Origin: Scenedesmus sp. PABB004
Taxonomy: Eukaryota
DNA: 64,000 bases
Direction of reading: 5' to 3'
NCBI GenBank assembly: GCA_014905635.1
Contig: JABVCE010000012.1
Location: forward strand, 992,001 to 1,056,000
Both the position numbers and the translations under genes were made by a program. Under the pieces are notes generated by a model. It was not told the origin of the DNA. It searched no databases and saw nothing but the letters and a program-made list of their open reading frames with translations. Shown in pieces: positions 1 to 14,500 of the stretch (position 1 is the first letter of the stretch; the number at the start of each line of letters is the position of its first letter).

Positions 1-98
1 GCTGTCAATAAATGAGTGTCGCACGAGCCGCGTGTGCACCGACAGCAATGTGCACTTGCTGTCAATAAATGAGTGTCGCACGAGCCGCGTGTGCACCG
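1..98 (+). repeat. 57-bp period direct repeat (41-nt identical core)
   Basis: gctgtcaataaatgagtgtcgcacgagccgcgtgtgcaccg occurs at 1-41 and 58-98, in frame. Confidence 0.95.
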
Positions 99-354
99 CG
101 TGCTGGCGCCACCCGCCGCCCAAGGGCATGCCCGCGTTCGGCATGCGCGTGCCAGGCACGTGCACGAGGGTCAGCAGCACCTGCTGGCGGCGGCGTTCCA
201 GCAGCAGCAGCAGCAGTAACGCGCGCTGCTGTACGGCCGCCGCCGTGGCGCAGCCGCAGCGCCGACGACGCCCCGCCTCCTCGCCCAAAGCCGCTTGCTT
301 CCAAAGTCACACCCCCGGCCACACACCGGCCGCACAGTCTCTCGTGACCTTTTG
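1..354 (+). mobile_element. Probable degenerate Fanzor/TnpB-like nuclease 3' fragment (truncated at window start)
   Basis: Frame 2 reads LSINECRTSRVCT-DSNVHL-LSINECRTSRVCTACW. This matches the (V/I)(D/N)E-x-(R/Y)TS-x-x-CxxC motif that precedes the zinc finger of TnpB/Fanzor proteins. The expected second CxxC and RDxN motifs are absent and a frame switch follows (ARHVHEGQQHLLAAAFQQQQQQ*, stop 217-219). A hairpin lies at 302-354. Confidence 0.5.
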
Positions 355-695
355 ACGCCGCTCCCGGCAACGCGGGGCCACGATGCTGCAGCCCACCAGC
401 GGCCCGCCGCACCTGGAGCGTAGCGCTCCGCGAAGGGGTGTGGCGTGGTGCGGGAGTGCCGCCACCGCGGCGCCGGCGCGCGGCGAGGAGCCGCGGGCGC
501 GCCGCGCCGCCGCCGCGCGGCGCGCTCGCCGAGCCGCCTGGCCGCCCGGGGGCCCCGCCAGGCCGCGCTCCTCCCACCGGGGGTGAACGCTCCTCCTTGC
601 CCTCCGTCCGCAGGCGAGCCGGCGCTCGCCGGGGACTGGGGCGCGCGGTGCGCGCCGCAGCAGCAGGCGGCGCCCGCCGACGCGGCGCGGCTCAC

Positions 696-2147
696 TCAGC
701 GCACGTGCTCGTGGGGCTGCAATCCCTGCTGTTGTTGCTCCAGCGGCTGCTGCTGCTGCTGCTCCTGCTGCGCTCCCGGCGGCGCGGGCAGCGCCGCCAC
801 CGGCTGCCGCCGCGCCGCGAGCGCGGCCGCGAGGCGGCGCCGCGCCGCAGCGCCGCGCGCGAGCACGGCACGCACCGCGACCGCGAGCAGGCGGTAACCC
901 CGCGCCGAGCACGCCTCCGCGGCGAACAGGCGCCACGCGCAGCGCCGCAGCAGCGCGGCGCAGTGCGCCGCCGCCGCGAGCCGGCCCGCGCCGAGCAGCG
1001 GCAGGAACACGGCCTGCGCGGCGGCCGCGGCAGGCGGCGGCGGCGCTCGCGCGTCAGAGCGCGCGCAGCAGCAGCGGCGCGCAGCAGCAGCGCGCCGCCC
1101 GCCCGCCGCGGCCCGCGCCGTCCCGTGCCTGCGCAATCACGCCGCCGACCGTCGCGCCGAGGGCCATGCCCGCAAACGCGTCCGCGTTGGGCGGCGCGGG
1201 CGTGAGGGCCATGAGGCTCGTGTACCACCACACCTGCACCATCGTCGCGCTGTCAAAGCGCTCGCGAATGGCGGCGAGGACCTCGGGGCTGGGCGGCTGC
1301 GCGCGGGGGGTGCGGTCGGCGGCCGGTGGGTCGCGGCGCGCCGCAGAGCGCGCAGAGCACGCGCGCGCCGCGCCCACCTGCCGCGCGCCGCCCAGCGGCA
1401 GCGTCACCGACAGGTGCCGCAGCGACTGCGCCGCCGGCGGGCGCTGCGGCGCGGCCGGCGGCGCCGGCGGCCGGCGCTGCGGCGGCGCCAGCAGCCGCGG
1501 CGGCGGCGCCAGCAGCCGCGGCGGCGGCGGCGGCGGCGCGGCGCTCTGTACCGCAGCTATGCTGCGGTACGTCGCCAGCGCCCTCAGCAGGCCGCTGGCC
1601 GCCACGTAGGCCCGCCACGCGCCGTGCAGGAGCGCAGCGATGGTGTACGGGTCGGCGAGCAGCGCCGGGACGAGCACCAGCGCGCCGCCCTCGCCCGGGC
1701 CGCCGCCGCCGGACGCGGCGAGGCCGGCCGTGTCGTAGCGCGCCTGGCAGACCTCGCAGCGAATCGCGCGCCGCGGGCGGCCCTGCTCGCGCGTGACCTG
1801 CAGCCAGTGCTGCGCGGGCGCGGCGGCCGCGGCGGGCGCGTCGGCGGGCCGTCAGTGTCCCATGCGTGCGGGCCGCTGCGCCGCCGCCGCTGTCGCCGCG
1901 CGGGCTGGCAGCGCGCCGGTGGTGGGCGCCGGGCAGCCTGGTGGCGGCGCCGGACCTGCAGGCACGCGACATGGATGTACGCCATGCTCCCCTTGCACTT
2001 GCACGGGCTGACCAGCGTGGCCGTGTCGTCGCCCCCCCAGCAGAGCCGGCAGCGGCGCCCGTCGCCGGCCTCGCTGGCGCTGCCCGGGGCCGCGCCGCCG
2101 CTGCCCGCCGCGCCGCCGGCGCCGACGCCGGCGACCGGGGCCGCCAT
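696..2147 (-). CDS. RING-CH (RINGv/MARCH-type) E3 ubiquitin ligase, 3 exons
   Basis: Spliced translation CRLCWGGDDTATLVSPCKCKGSMAYIHVACLQ|HWLQVTREQGRPRRAIRCEVCQARY gives a C4HC3 pattern. Hydrophobic segments follow. The second intron has a GC donor (CAG|gcacgg) and the stop TGA is at 696-698. Confidence 0.85.
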
Positions 2148-2149
2148 AG

Positions 2150-6278
<4,129 letters not shown>

Positions 6279-6656
6279 GCCGCCACTGCTGAGCGGGCGG
6301 TCTGTGCCGCCGGCGCCGCGCGGGGCGGGCGGCGGCCAGGGCAATCGGCGCGCGCGCATGCCGAGTCGCGCGGCGGCAGCGGCAGCAGAGCGCCCGCGCG
6401 GCGGGCGGCAGCGCAGGGCTCAGCGCGCTCGCGGGCCGAGCCGGCGTCACCCGCCGGCGCATGCCCACACCGCCCAGCCCGCACACGCGCCCGGGCAGCG
6501 ACCGCGGCGGCAGCAGCGGCCGTCGATCGAGCGCGCCCCTCGCGCAGCGGCGCCGGCCCTGCAAGGCCGCAGCCGGCGCGGCCCTCGGCCCCGTTCGTCC
6601 CCCTCGCCCGCGCACGCCGGCGCGGCGCCGCGGCGCGCCACCGCTCACCCGCAGCG

Positions 6657-9600
6657 ATGCCCGGCGCCCTCGCCGCGGGCCTGCTGGCCCTGGCGCGCGC
6701 CCCGGCAGGTGCGGCGGCCTGGGGCGCTCCAGCGAGCAGCAATGGGCGCCGCGGGCGCGCCTGATTGGGCCCGGCCGCGCCCTGGGGGCGTCCGGGCGAG
6801 GCGCCTGCTGCTGCTGCCCCCGATCCCGCGCCCCCGCGCGCCGCCGCAGCCGGCGCAGGCCTGCTCCCGGCGGCCGGCCACGCCCTGAGCGTGCTGGGCG
6901 AGGCCCAGAAGCGCTGCCTGCACAGGTGCGGCGCGGCGCGTGCGCAGCAGCGGCGACGCCGGCGCGGCCACACGGCGGCGGCGCGGCAGCAGCGCCGGCA
7001 GCGGCGCTCGCTCACCGCCGCGCGCCCGCCCCGCAGCGGCCTGGCCGCGCCCCAGCATGGCCCCAGCAGCAGCGGCGGCCTGTCGGCGCTCGGCGGCGCG
7101 CCGAGCAGCAGCAGCGCCCCGTTCGTGCCCTTTGGCGCGCGCAGCGCGACCACGCAGCCGCTCGCGCCCCACAAGGTGCGTGGCGCCGGTGCTCGTCGCC
7201 GCTGCGCGGGGGGAGCGGGGCCGCACGCCCGCCCGCCCGCCACGCGCCGGCCCGAGCGCCGCCGCGCTGCCGCCGCGCCCTCCTCCCTGGTGGCCGCCCA
7301 CAGGTGAACAACTTCACGATCAACTTTGGGCCGCAGCACCCCGCGGCGCACGGCGTGCTGCGCCTCGTGCTGGAGATGAAGGGTGCGCGGCGCGGCGCGG
7401 GGAGGAGGAGGGGGGCCGGGCGGCCCGGCGGGGCGTGCGACGGCAGCGGCGGCGAGCCGCGGCGGCGGCGGCGGCGGCGGCAGCGAGCTGCGGCGGCCGC
7501 GCCGCCCACCGTGCCGCGCCGCGGGGCCGCAGGCGAGCTGGTGGAGCGCGCCGACCCGCACATCGGGCTGCTGCACCGCGGCACCGAGAAGCTCATCGAG
7601 TACAAGACCTACCTCCAGGTGCGAGCCAGGCGGCGAGCCGCGGCGCGGGCGGCGCGCAGGCTGCAGGACCCAGGCGGCACCTCCGCACGCCACGTGCCCC
7701 CCTCCTGCCCCTCCTCCCCCCTCCTGCCCCTGCCGCGCTCCCGACCGCCGTAATGCTGCCGTCATCACGCTGTCATAACGCAGGGCCTGCCCTACTTTGA
7801 CCGCCTCGACTACGTGAGCATGATGTGCATGGAGCACAGCTACGTCCTCGCGATCGAACAGCTGCTCAACGTCACCGTCCCCGCGCGCGCGCAGTACATC
7901 CGTGTGCTCTTCAGCGAGGTGCGGCGCCGCGGCGGCAGCGGCGCGGCGGCGCCCGCGGCGGGGGCGACAGGGGCTGCGCTGACGATGATGCGCGCGGCGC
8001 CCCTGCCGCTCTCTCCTTCCACGCGCTCCCTGCTTCCCGCACGCGCCCGCACCCACGCACACACCCACGCTCCGTCACACCCGCACACTCACACCCACAC
8101 CCCCTCCCTCACCCAGATCACGCGCATCATGAACCACCTGCTCGCCGTCACCTGCCACGCCATGGACGTCGGCGCGCTCACGCCCTTCCTCTGGGCCTTT
8201 GAGGCGCGCGCGCCCGCCGCACGCCGCCGCACGCACGCGCGCGCGCCCGCGCGCGCGCCCCCGCCCGCCCGCGCGCTGCTCACGCGCCGCCGATCGCCCC
8301 GCCTCCCTCCCGCCACGCACACACACGCGCTCGCGCGCGCGCGCAGGAGCGCGAGAAGCTGATGGAGTTTTACGAGCGCGTGAGCGGCGCGCGCATGCAC
8401 GCGGCGTACTTCCGCCCCGGCGGCGTGAGCCAGGACCTGCCGATCGGGCTGCTCAAGGACATCCACGACTTTGCGCGCCAGGTGCGCGCGGGCGTCGTGT
8501 GGGTGTTTGTGGTTTGTGTTTTTGTGGGTGTGTTTTTGTGGGTGGGTGGGTGGGTGGGTGCTGCAGGGCTGCAGGGCTCGGTCGAGGGCGTGGCGCGGAG
8601 CGCGCCCGCGCGCACGCGCGCGTGCGGCCGCGCGGCCGGGCGGCGTGGCCTTGGTGATGGGGGCCGTGCGGCGCCGGCGCCGGGGCCACGCCGCCCAGCC
8701 GCGCCGCGGCACGCGCGGCGCGCGCGCGCGCGCGCGCGCCGTGCTCGGGCCCCCTCCTCTGCGCCGCGCCTCGCTGCGCCGAGGGCGTGGCGCGGAGCGC
8801 GCCCGCGCGCACGCGCGCGTGCGGCCGCGCGGCCGGGCGGCGTGGCCTCCTGCTGTCCGGGCGTGCCGCGCCGGCGCCGGGGCCACGCCGCCCAGCCGCG
8901 CTGCCGCGCGCGCGCCGCGCTCGGCCCCTCCTCCTCCGCGCCGCGCCGCGCCGTGCCGCGGTGCGCCGCGCCGGCCCGCGCTGAGCCCCCGCCCGCCGCT
9001 GCCGCCGCCGCCCCAGTTTTCGTCGCGCCTGGACGAGCTGGAGGAGCTGCTGAGCGACAACCGGGTGTGGAAGGAGCGCACGGTCGGCATCGGGCTCATC
9101 ACCGCGCAGCAGGTGGGTGGCGGCGGCCTTTGCGCGGGGCGTAGGGTTGAGGGTTGTGTGGTCGCGGCCCGGGGTCGGGAGGCGGGCAGAGCGCGGGCGC
9201 GCACGGCCGCACGCCGCGCGCCCACGCGCGTCCACGCGTCTCCGCACGCGTCACCGCCCGCTCCGCCGCCAGGCGTGGGACTGGGGCTGCTCGGGGCCGC
9301 TGCTGCGCGCGAGCGGCATCGACTGGGACCTGCGCAAGGCGCAGCCGTACGACGCGTACGCCAAGATGGACTTCAATGTCCCCATCGCCGGCCACGGCGA
9401 CTGCTTCGACCGCTACCTGGTGCGACGGCGGCCCGGCGCACCCCGCGCGCGGCCGCGGCGGCGGCGGGGCGCACACGGGGCGGCGGGGCGGGGCGGGGCA
9501 CAGGCGGCGGCGCCGCCTCGCGCGCGGGGAGAGGTCGCGCGGGCGCCCCACGCGCCCGCGCGCCTGCCTGCCCGCGGGCAAGCACGCCGACCCCCGCCGC

Positions 9601-10597
9601 ACCCCAGCAACAACCCCGCGCCGCTGCCCTGCCGCCCTGCCGCCGGCAGGTGCGCATGCACGAGATGCGTGAGAGCCTGCGCATCGTGTTCCAGTGCCTC
9701 AACGAGATGCCCGAGGGGCCCTACAAGTCCATCGACGGCAAGGTGACGACGCCGCGCGGCACCGGCCACGGCCTGGGGCATGCGCCGCGGCGCAGCTGCT
9801 GCTGCGTCTGCGGCCGCGGCGTCGCGTGCGGCCCGCCGGCGCGCGCCGCGCTTCCTGCCCACGCCCGCCCACACTCGCCGCCGCCGCCCGCCCACCCGCG
9901 CTCGCCGCGCGCGCCGCGCGTGCCCAGGTCGCGCCGCCGAGCCGCGCGACGATGAAGCAGAGTATGGAGGCGCTGATCCACCACTTCAAGCTCTACACAG
10001 AGGGCTTCCACGTGCCCCCGGGCGAGACCTACAAGGCCGTCGAGGCGCCCAAGGGCGAGTTCGGCGTCTACCTCGTCTCGCGCGGCGGCAACAGGCCCTA
10101 CCGGTGCGGCGACGCTGGGCTCGCGCGGCGCGGCGCGGGGCTGCGCGGCGCGGCTCCGCGCGGGGCCGGCGGCGTGCGCGCGGCGCCGCCCGCCCGCGAC
10201 AGCACCCTCTGCGCGCTCGCCGACCTCGCCGCCGACCTCGCCGCCGACCTCGCCGCCGCGCGCGTGCGCGCGCAGGTGCAAGATCCGCTCGCCCGGGTTT
10301 GCGCACCTGCAGACGACCGACTTTATGTGCAAGCGCTTCATGCTCGCCGACGTGGTGCGCCGCGCGGAGGGGGGCAGCGGCGCGGACGGCAGCGCGCGGA
10401 CCGCAGCGCGCACGCGCGCGCGCGCGCGCGCGCGCGCGCGCTGGGGCCCCGCAGAGGCGGCGGCGCGCGCGTGCGGGGAGGGCCCGCAGGCTGCCTGTCA
10501 GCAGCTGCTGACCGCCGCCACGCGCCGCCGCGCCACCGGCACGCAGGTGACGGTCATCGGCACGCTGGACGTGGTGTTCGGTGAGATCGACCGGTGA
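6657..10597 (+). CDS. nad7: NADH:ubiquinone oxidoreductase 49-kDa subunit (NAD7/NDUFS2), nucleus-encoded, multi-exon; start codon tentative
   Basis: Exons encode [93 protein letters not shown] and [13 protein letters not shown]. Upstream exons encode a presequence-like region. Confidence 0.97.
8584..8900 (+). repeat. Direct duplication (about 197-bp period) inside a NAD7 intron
   Basis: gagggcgtggcgcggagcgcgcccgcgcgcacgcgcgcgtgcggccgcgcggccgggcggcgtggcct starts at 8584 and 8781. Each copy is followed by cgccggcgccggggccacgccgcccagccgcgc. Confidence 0.9.
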
Positions 10598-10704
10598 GGG
10601 GCCGCCCGGCGGCACGGCGGCGGGCGGCAGGGGGCGTTGGGGGGCAGGGCGGGGCGTGCGCGGGGGCACGCAAGGCTTATACTATCGCGGCGCGGGCAGT
10701 CCAG

Positions 10705-10709
10705 TGTAA
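10705..10709 (+). terminator. Putative chlorophyte poly(A) signal TGTAA for NAD7
   Basis: TGTAA lies about 108 nt after the NAD7 stop, and TGTAA is the established chlorophycean poly(A) signal. Confidence 0.6.
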
Positions 10710-10854
10710 AGCGGCGCCAGGTTTGGTATCGCTAGACCGGTTGACCGCCGACCCTATGTTGACTCGTCAGCTGCAGCGCGCGCGGTCCTGCCAGGCTGCA
10801 CGCACCCGGCTGCAGCCGCTCGCTGCGCAGCTCCCACAGGCGGTGCGGCGCTGG

Positions 10855-10859
10855 TTACA
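10855..10859 (-). terminator. Putative poly(A) signal TGTAA for GH31 copy A
   Basis: ttaca on the plus strand about 690 nt downstream of the copy A stop. Confidence 0.4.
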
Positions 10860-11545
10860 CGCGCGTGGCTCCGGCGCCGCCCGCGCGCAGCGCAGCAGCC
10901 GGCACGCGGCTAGTGTACAGCACAGCCACAGCCACACGGGCGTCGGCTGGTCCGGCAAAAACACAGAGCCTGTCGCCAGAGCCGCGTGTGTGGTGGGAGG
11001 GGGGTCGTAGGGGTGCGCCGCGTGTGCCGGGGGGACGCCCCTGGAGACCACGCGCGCCCTGCGGGCTTGGTTGAGTTCTCTAGCTCCTGCTCCTGCGCCG
11101 CCAGCCAGGTGGGGTTCGGGTCGCACGCTGAACACAGACCGCCGCGCCTTCGGCCGGGCCCGGGCGCTCGCGCGCCCGGCGGCAGCCGCGCGGCGGCTGT
11201 GCAATCAATTCTGATCGTCAGAACCAACACACCAGAGCGGGCGCCTGCATGTCCCTCCGCAGCCGCCCGACGGCGGCTGCGATCAACGCCACACCACCAC
11301 GAGGCGCGCCCGGCAGCGAGCGCGCCAGGCGCCGCCGCCAGGGCGAAAAACGAACTCTCCCGGCCGCCGCGTGACTCTCTAGCTGGTACGGCCGCCGCGA
11401 TCACTGCGGCGGCCGCCGGGCGCCCGGCGGGCGCGCGCGTTGCTGCGCGGCGCCCACCGCCCGCCGGCCGGGTGGAGCGCCCGCACGAGGGGGCGGGCAG
11501 GCTCGCAGCGCGCGCCGATAGCTGCGGCTGCGCGCTCCGCCCGCC

Positions 11546-14500
11546 TCACACGCTCCACTCCAGCGCGAGCGGCTCGCCCGCGCGCGCGTCGAGGCCGCTG
11601 ATGCGCAGCGCGCCGGCCGCGGCGTCGTACTCGGCCGGCACCTCGCGCCCGCCGACGCGCGCCGTCGGCGCCGCGCCGGCCGCGGGCGCCGCCACGCCGA
11701 GCACGTGCACCGCCTCCACGCGCAGCGTGCGCGCCGCCTCGCCGCCGGCGGCCTTGACCGTGCTGGTCACGCTGCCACGCGTCGCGTCGGGCGCCGCCGC
11801 GGCGGTGAACCACACCTGCGCGCGGGGCGCGACAGCGCGGCACGCGGCGCCAGGTCGGCGGCGCGGCGCCCCCGCGACGCGGCGCGACGCGGCGTGGCGC
11901 GCGGCCAGCAGGGCGCGCTGCGCGCGCTGCGCGTGCTGTGCCGGCGCCGGCGCGCGCGCCTCACCTCGACGCTGTTGTCGGGCGTGACCTGGATGTTGTC
12001 ACCCTGGTCCATGTACAGAAGGCCGCAGGACACCAGGCTGCCCGCGTTCTTGGCGTGCGCCGCCGCGCAGCTCTCCTCGGCCGCGTACGGCGGCAGCGGC
12101 GCGCCCGCCGCGCGCGCGCCGCGCGACGGCTCGGCCGGCAGCGCCACGACGAGCGTGACGGGCGCGAGGCGGATGTCGCGCGTCACCGGCGCGTAGCCCT
12201 GCATCGGCAGCACCGCGCCGCCGCGGAAGTGTACCGGGATCTCACCCAGCGGCGCGTCGAGCGGCACGGCGCGGCCCGCCGGCGCCGAGAGGCGCGAGTA
12301 GTCCCACGCCGAGTACCTGGCGGCGCGCGGGGGTCGGCGCGCGGGGGGTCAGTGCCGTGCAGCTGTGCGCGCGCGTGCGGGCGCGGGCGTGAGCCGCATG
12401 TGTTCAACCCCCGCACCATGCGCCGGCGGTGAAGTAGGGGGTGACGGTCGTGGCGCCTGGCGCGACCACTGGGCTGATCAGCAGGCCCTCGCCCATCATC
12501 CACTGCGCCGACGCGTTGCTGCGAGCAGAGGCCACACGCGGCGGCGACGGCGGGACGCGGCGGCGGCCGCGCGTCAGCGCACCAGCGCGTGGCCACCGCC
12601 GCCGCGCGCGCGCATGCAGCCGCGCGCGCGCCGCCGCCGCACCGCGCGCCGGCGTCGCTCGGGTCGGTGAAGAGCAGCGGGCGCGCGACGGTGCCGCCCT
12701 TGGCGCTGGCGAGGTAGAAGGCGCCATAGATGTAGGTCAGCAGGCGGTAGCGCAGCCCGTACGCCTTCTTGGCCGACGCGGCGACGTCGTCCCAGCTGCG
12801 GGCGCGGCGGGCGGGGGCACAGGCGCCGGCGCGCGCGTTTTGTCAGCGCGAAGGGGGGCACGGGCGGCGGCCCCTCTCCCTCGTTCCCTCCCTCCCGCCC
12901 TCTCCCGCTCTCTGTCGCTCTCTCCCTCCCTCTCAACCCAGAGCCCTAAACCCCGAGCAAGCTCACAGGTAAAACTCGTGGCTGCGCGTGTTGTAGGCGT
13001 AGTGGTTGCGGCTAAAGGGGTAGAACGCGCCGAGCGAGGCCCAGCGGTTGCAGAGCTCCTGCAGCTCCGCGTCGCTCAGCGGCGGCGCGCCGGGCGCAAA
13101 GCCGGTGTCCATGAAGCCGCAGATGTCGGCGCCCGCCATCGGCATGCCCCACATGTTGGTGTTCACGATGCCTGCGGCGCAGGACGCGGGGCGGGGGCGA
13201 CGCGCCGCGTCAGGACGCGCGGCGGCGGGGGGCGCTGCGTGAGGGGGGCGCTCGCGGCGGCGGCTGCGCGCCGCGCGCGGTGCGTAGCCAGCCGGCAGCA
13301 TTTGCGCACGGCCCGCGCCGGAAACGCCCCCGCGTCGCCCCCGCGCCGCCGCCGCCGCCGCCGCACCCGCGATGGACATGTAGAGGTTCTCCCAGTTGAC
13401 GCCGTTGTCGCCCGTCCAGTGCGCCGTCCACTTGCCCGCGCCGGGGAAGGTCGACCTGCGCGGTCGTGCGACGCGCGGCGCGGCGCGGCGGCGTCCGAGG
13501 CTGCGCGCGGCGCGCGCGGCAGCGGCTGCGGCGGCGGGGCGCTCGCGCGTGCGGGGTGTGCGCCACCCCTGCGGAGCGCCGCCGCCGCGCACCGCGTGAG
13601 CAGGAAGGGCCGCTTGCCGGTGACCTCGGCGACGCTGTTGTAGTGCGCCCAGGCCATGGAGGTGCCATAGAGGTTGTGCGCGTCGTACTCGCGCGCGCCG
13701 TTGGCGTGCTCTGCGGCGGCCGGCCGCGGCAACACACGGTCGTGTCGTGCGCGCGCCATCAGCGCGGCGCACGGGGCGTGCGAGTCGCCACCGCCGCCGC
13801 CGCCTGCCCCCTCCCGTCCCCTCCTTCCGCTCGCACGCCCGCGCGCCCCCGCGCGCGCGCGGAGGCTCACTCGCGGAGGGCGAGATCGTCTTCCAGCCGA
13901 GCGCCGCGCCGCGGTCCTCCGGCTGCCCGCTCTGCCCAAAGTTGGCGATCGCGTACGGCGGGTGCTCGAGCGTGTTGTCCGCCGGCGGCGCCTCGCAGCG
14001 CATCTGGCAGCTCGTGCGGAAGGGTATGAGCTCGCTGATGTTGTAGTCGCGCGGCGTCTCCACCTGCAGCCCTGCGCGACACAGGGGCGCGCGCGCGCGC
14101 GGGCGGCGGCGGCGGCGGTTCAAACCTTTGTCCGAGGGACGCCGCGCGGCGCGGGGCCGGCCCCCGAGCGCCCGCGCCGGCGCGCCGGCGCGGCAGCGCG
14201 CGCGCCGCCGCGCGCGAGCCCAGCCCCGCCCCCGCTCCCGCTCCCTCGCCGGCGCGGCGCGGCGCGGCGCGGCGCGCTCACAGTGCATCGCGGTGATGTT
14301 GCGCGTGTCGGGCACGCAGTTGAGGCCGCTGCAGAAGCTGCTTGCCTCGTTCATGTCCAGCCACAGCCCGTCATACGGCACCTGCCGCAGCGGACGGCGC
14401 GGGCGGCGGGCGGCGGCGCGCGCGCGCGTCGTCGGCCGGGGCTCCACGCCGTGGCCCGCGCGCGCGCGCGCGCGCGTGCGCGAGGGCGCGCGCGCCGGCG

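Noticed and set aside
1..98. Direct repeat with a short spacer resembling a CRISPR unit
   Set aside because: Only two copies, a 16-nt gap, in-frame coding duplication, eukaryotic context and no cas genes.
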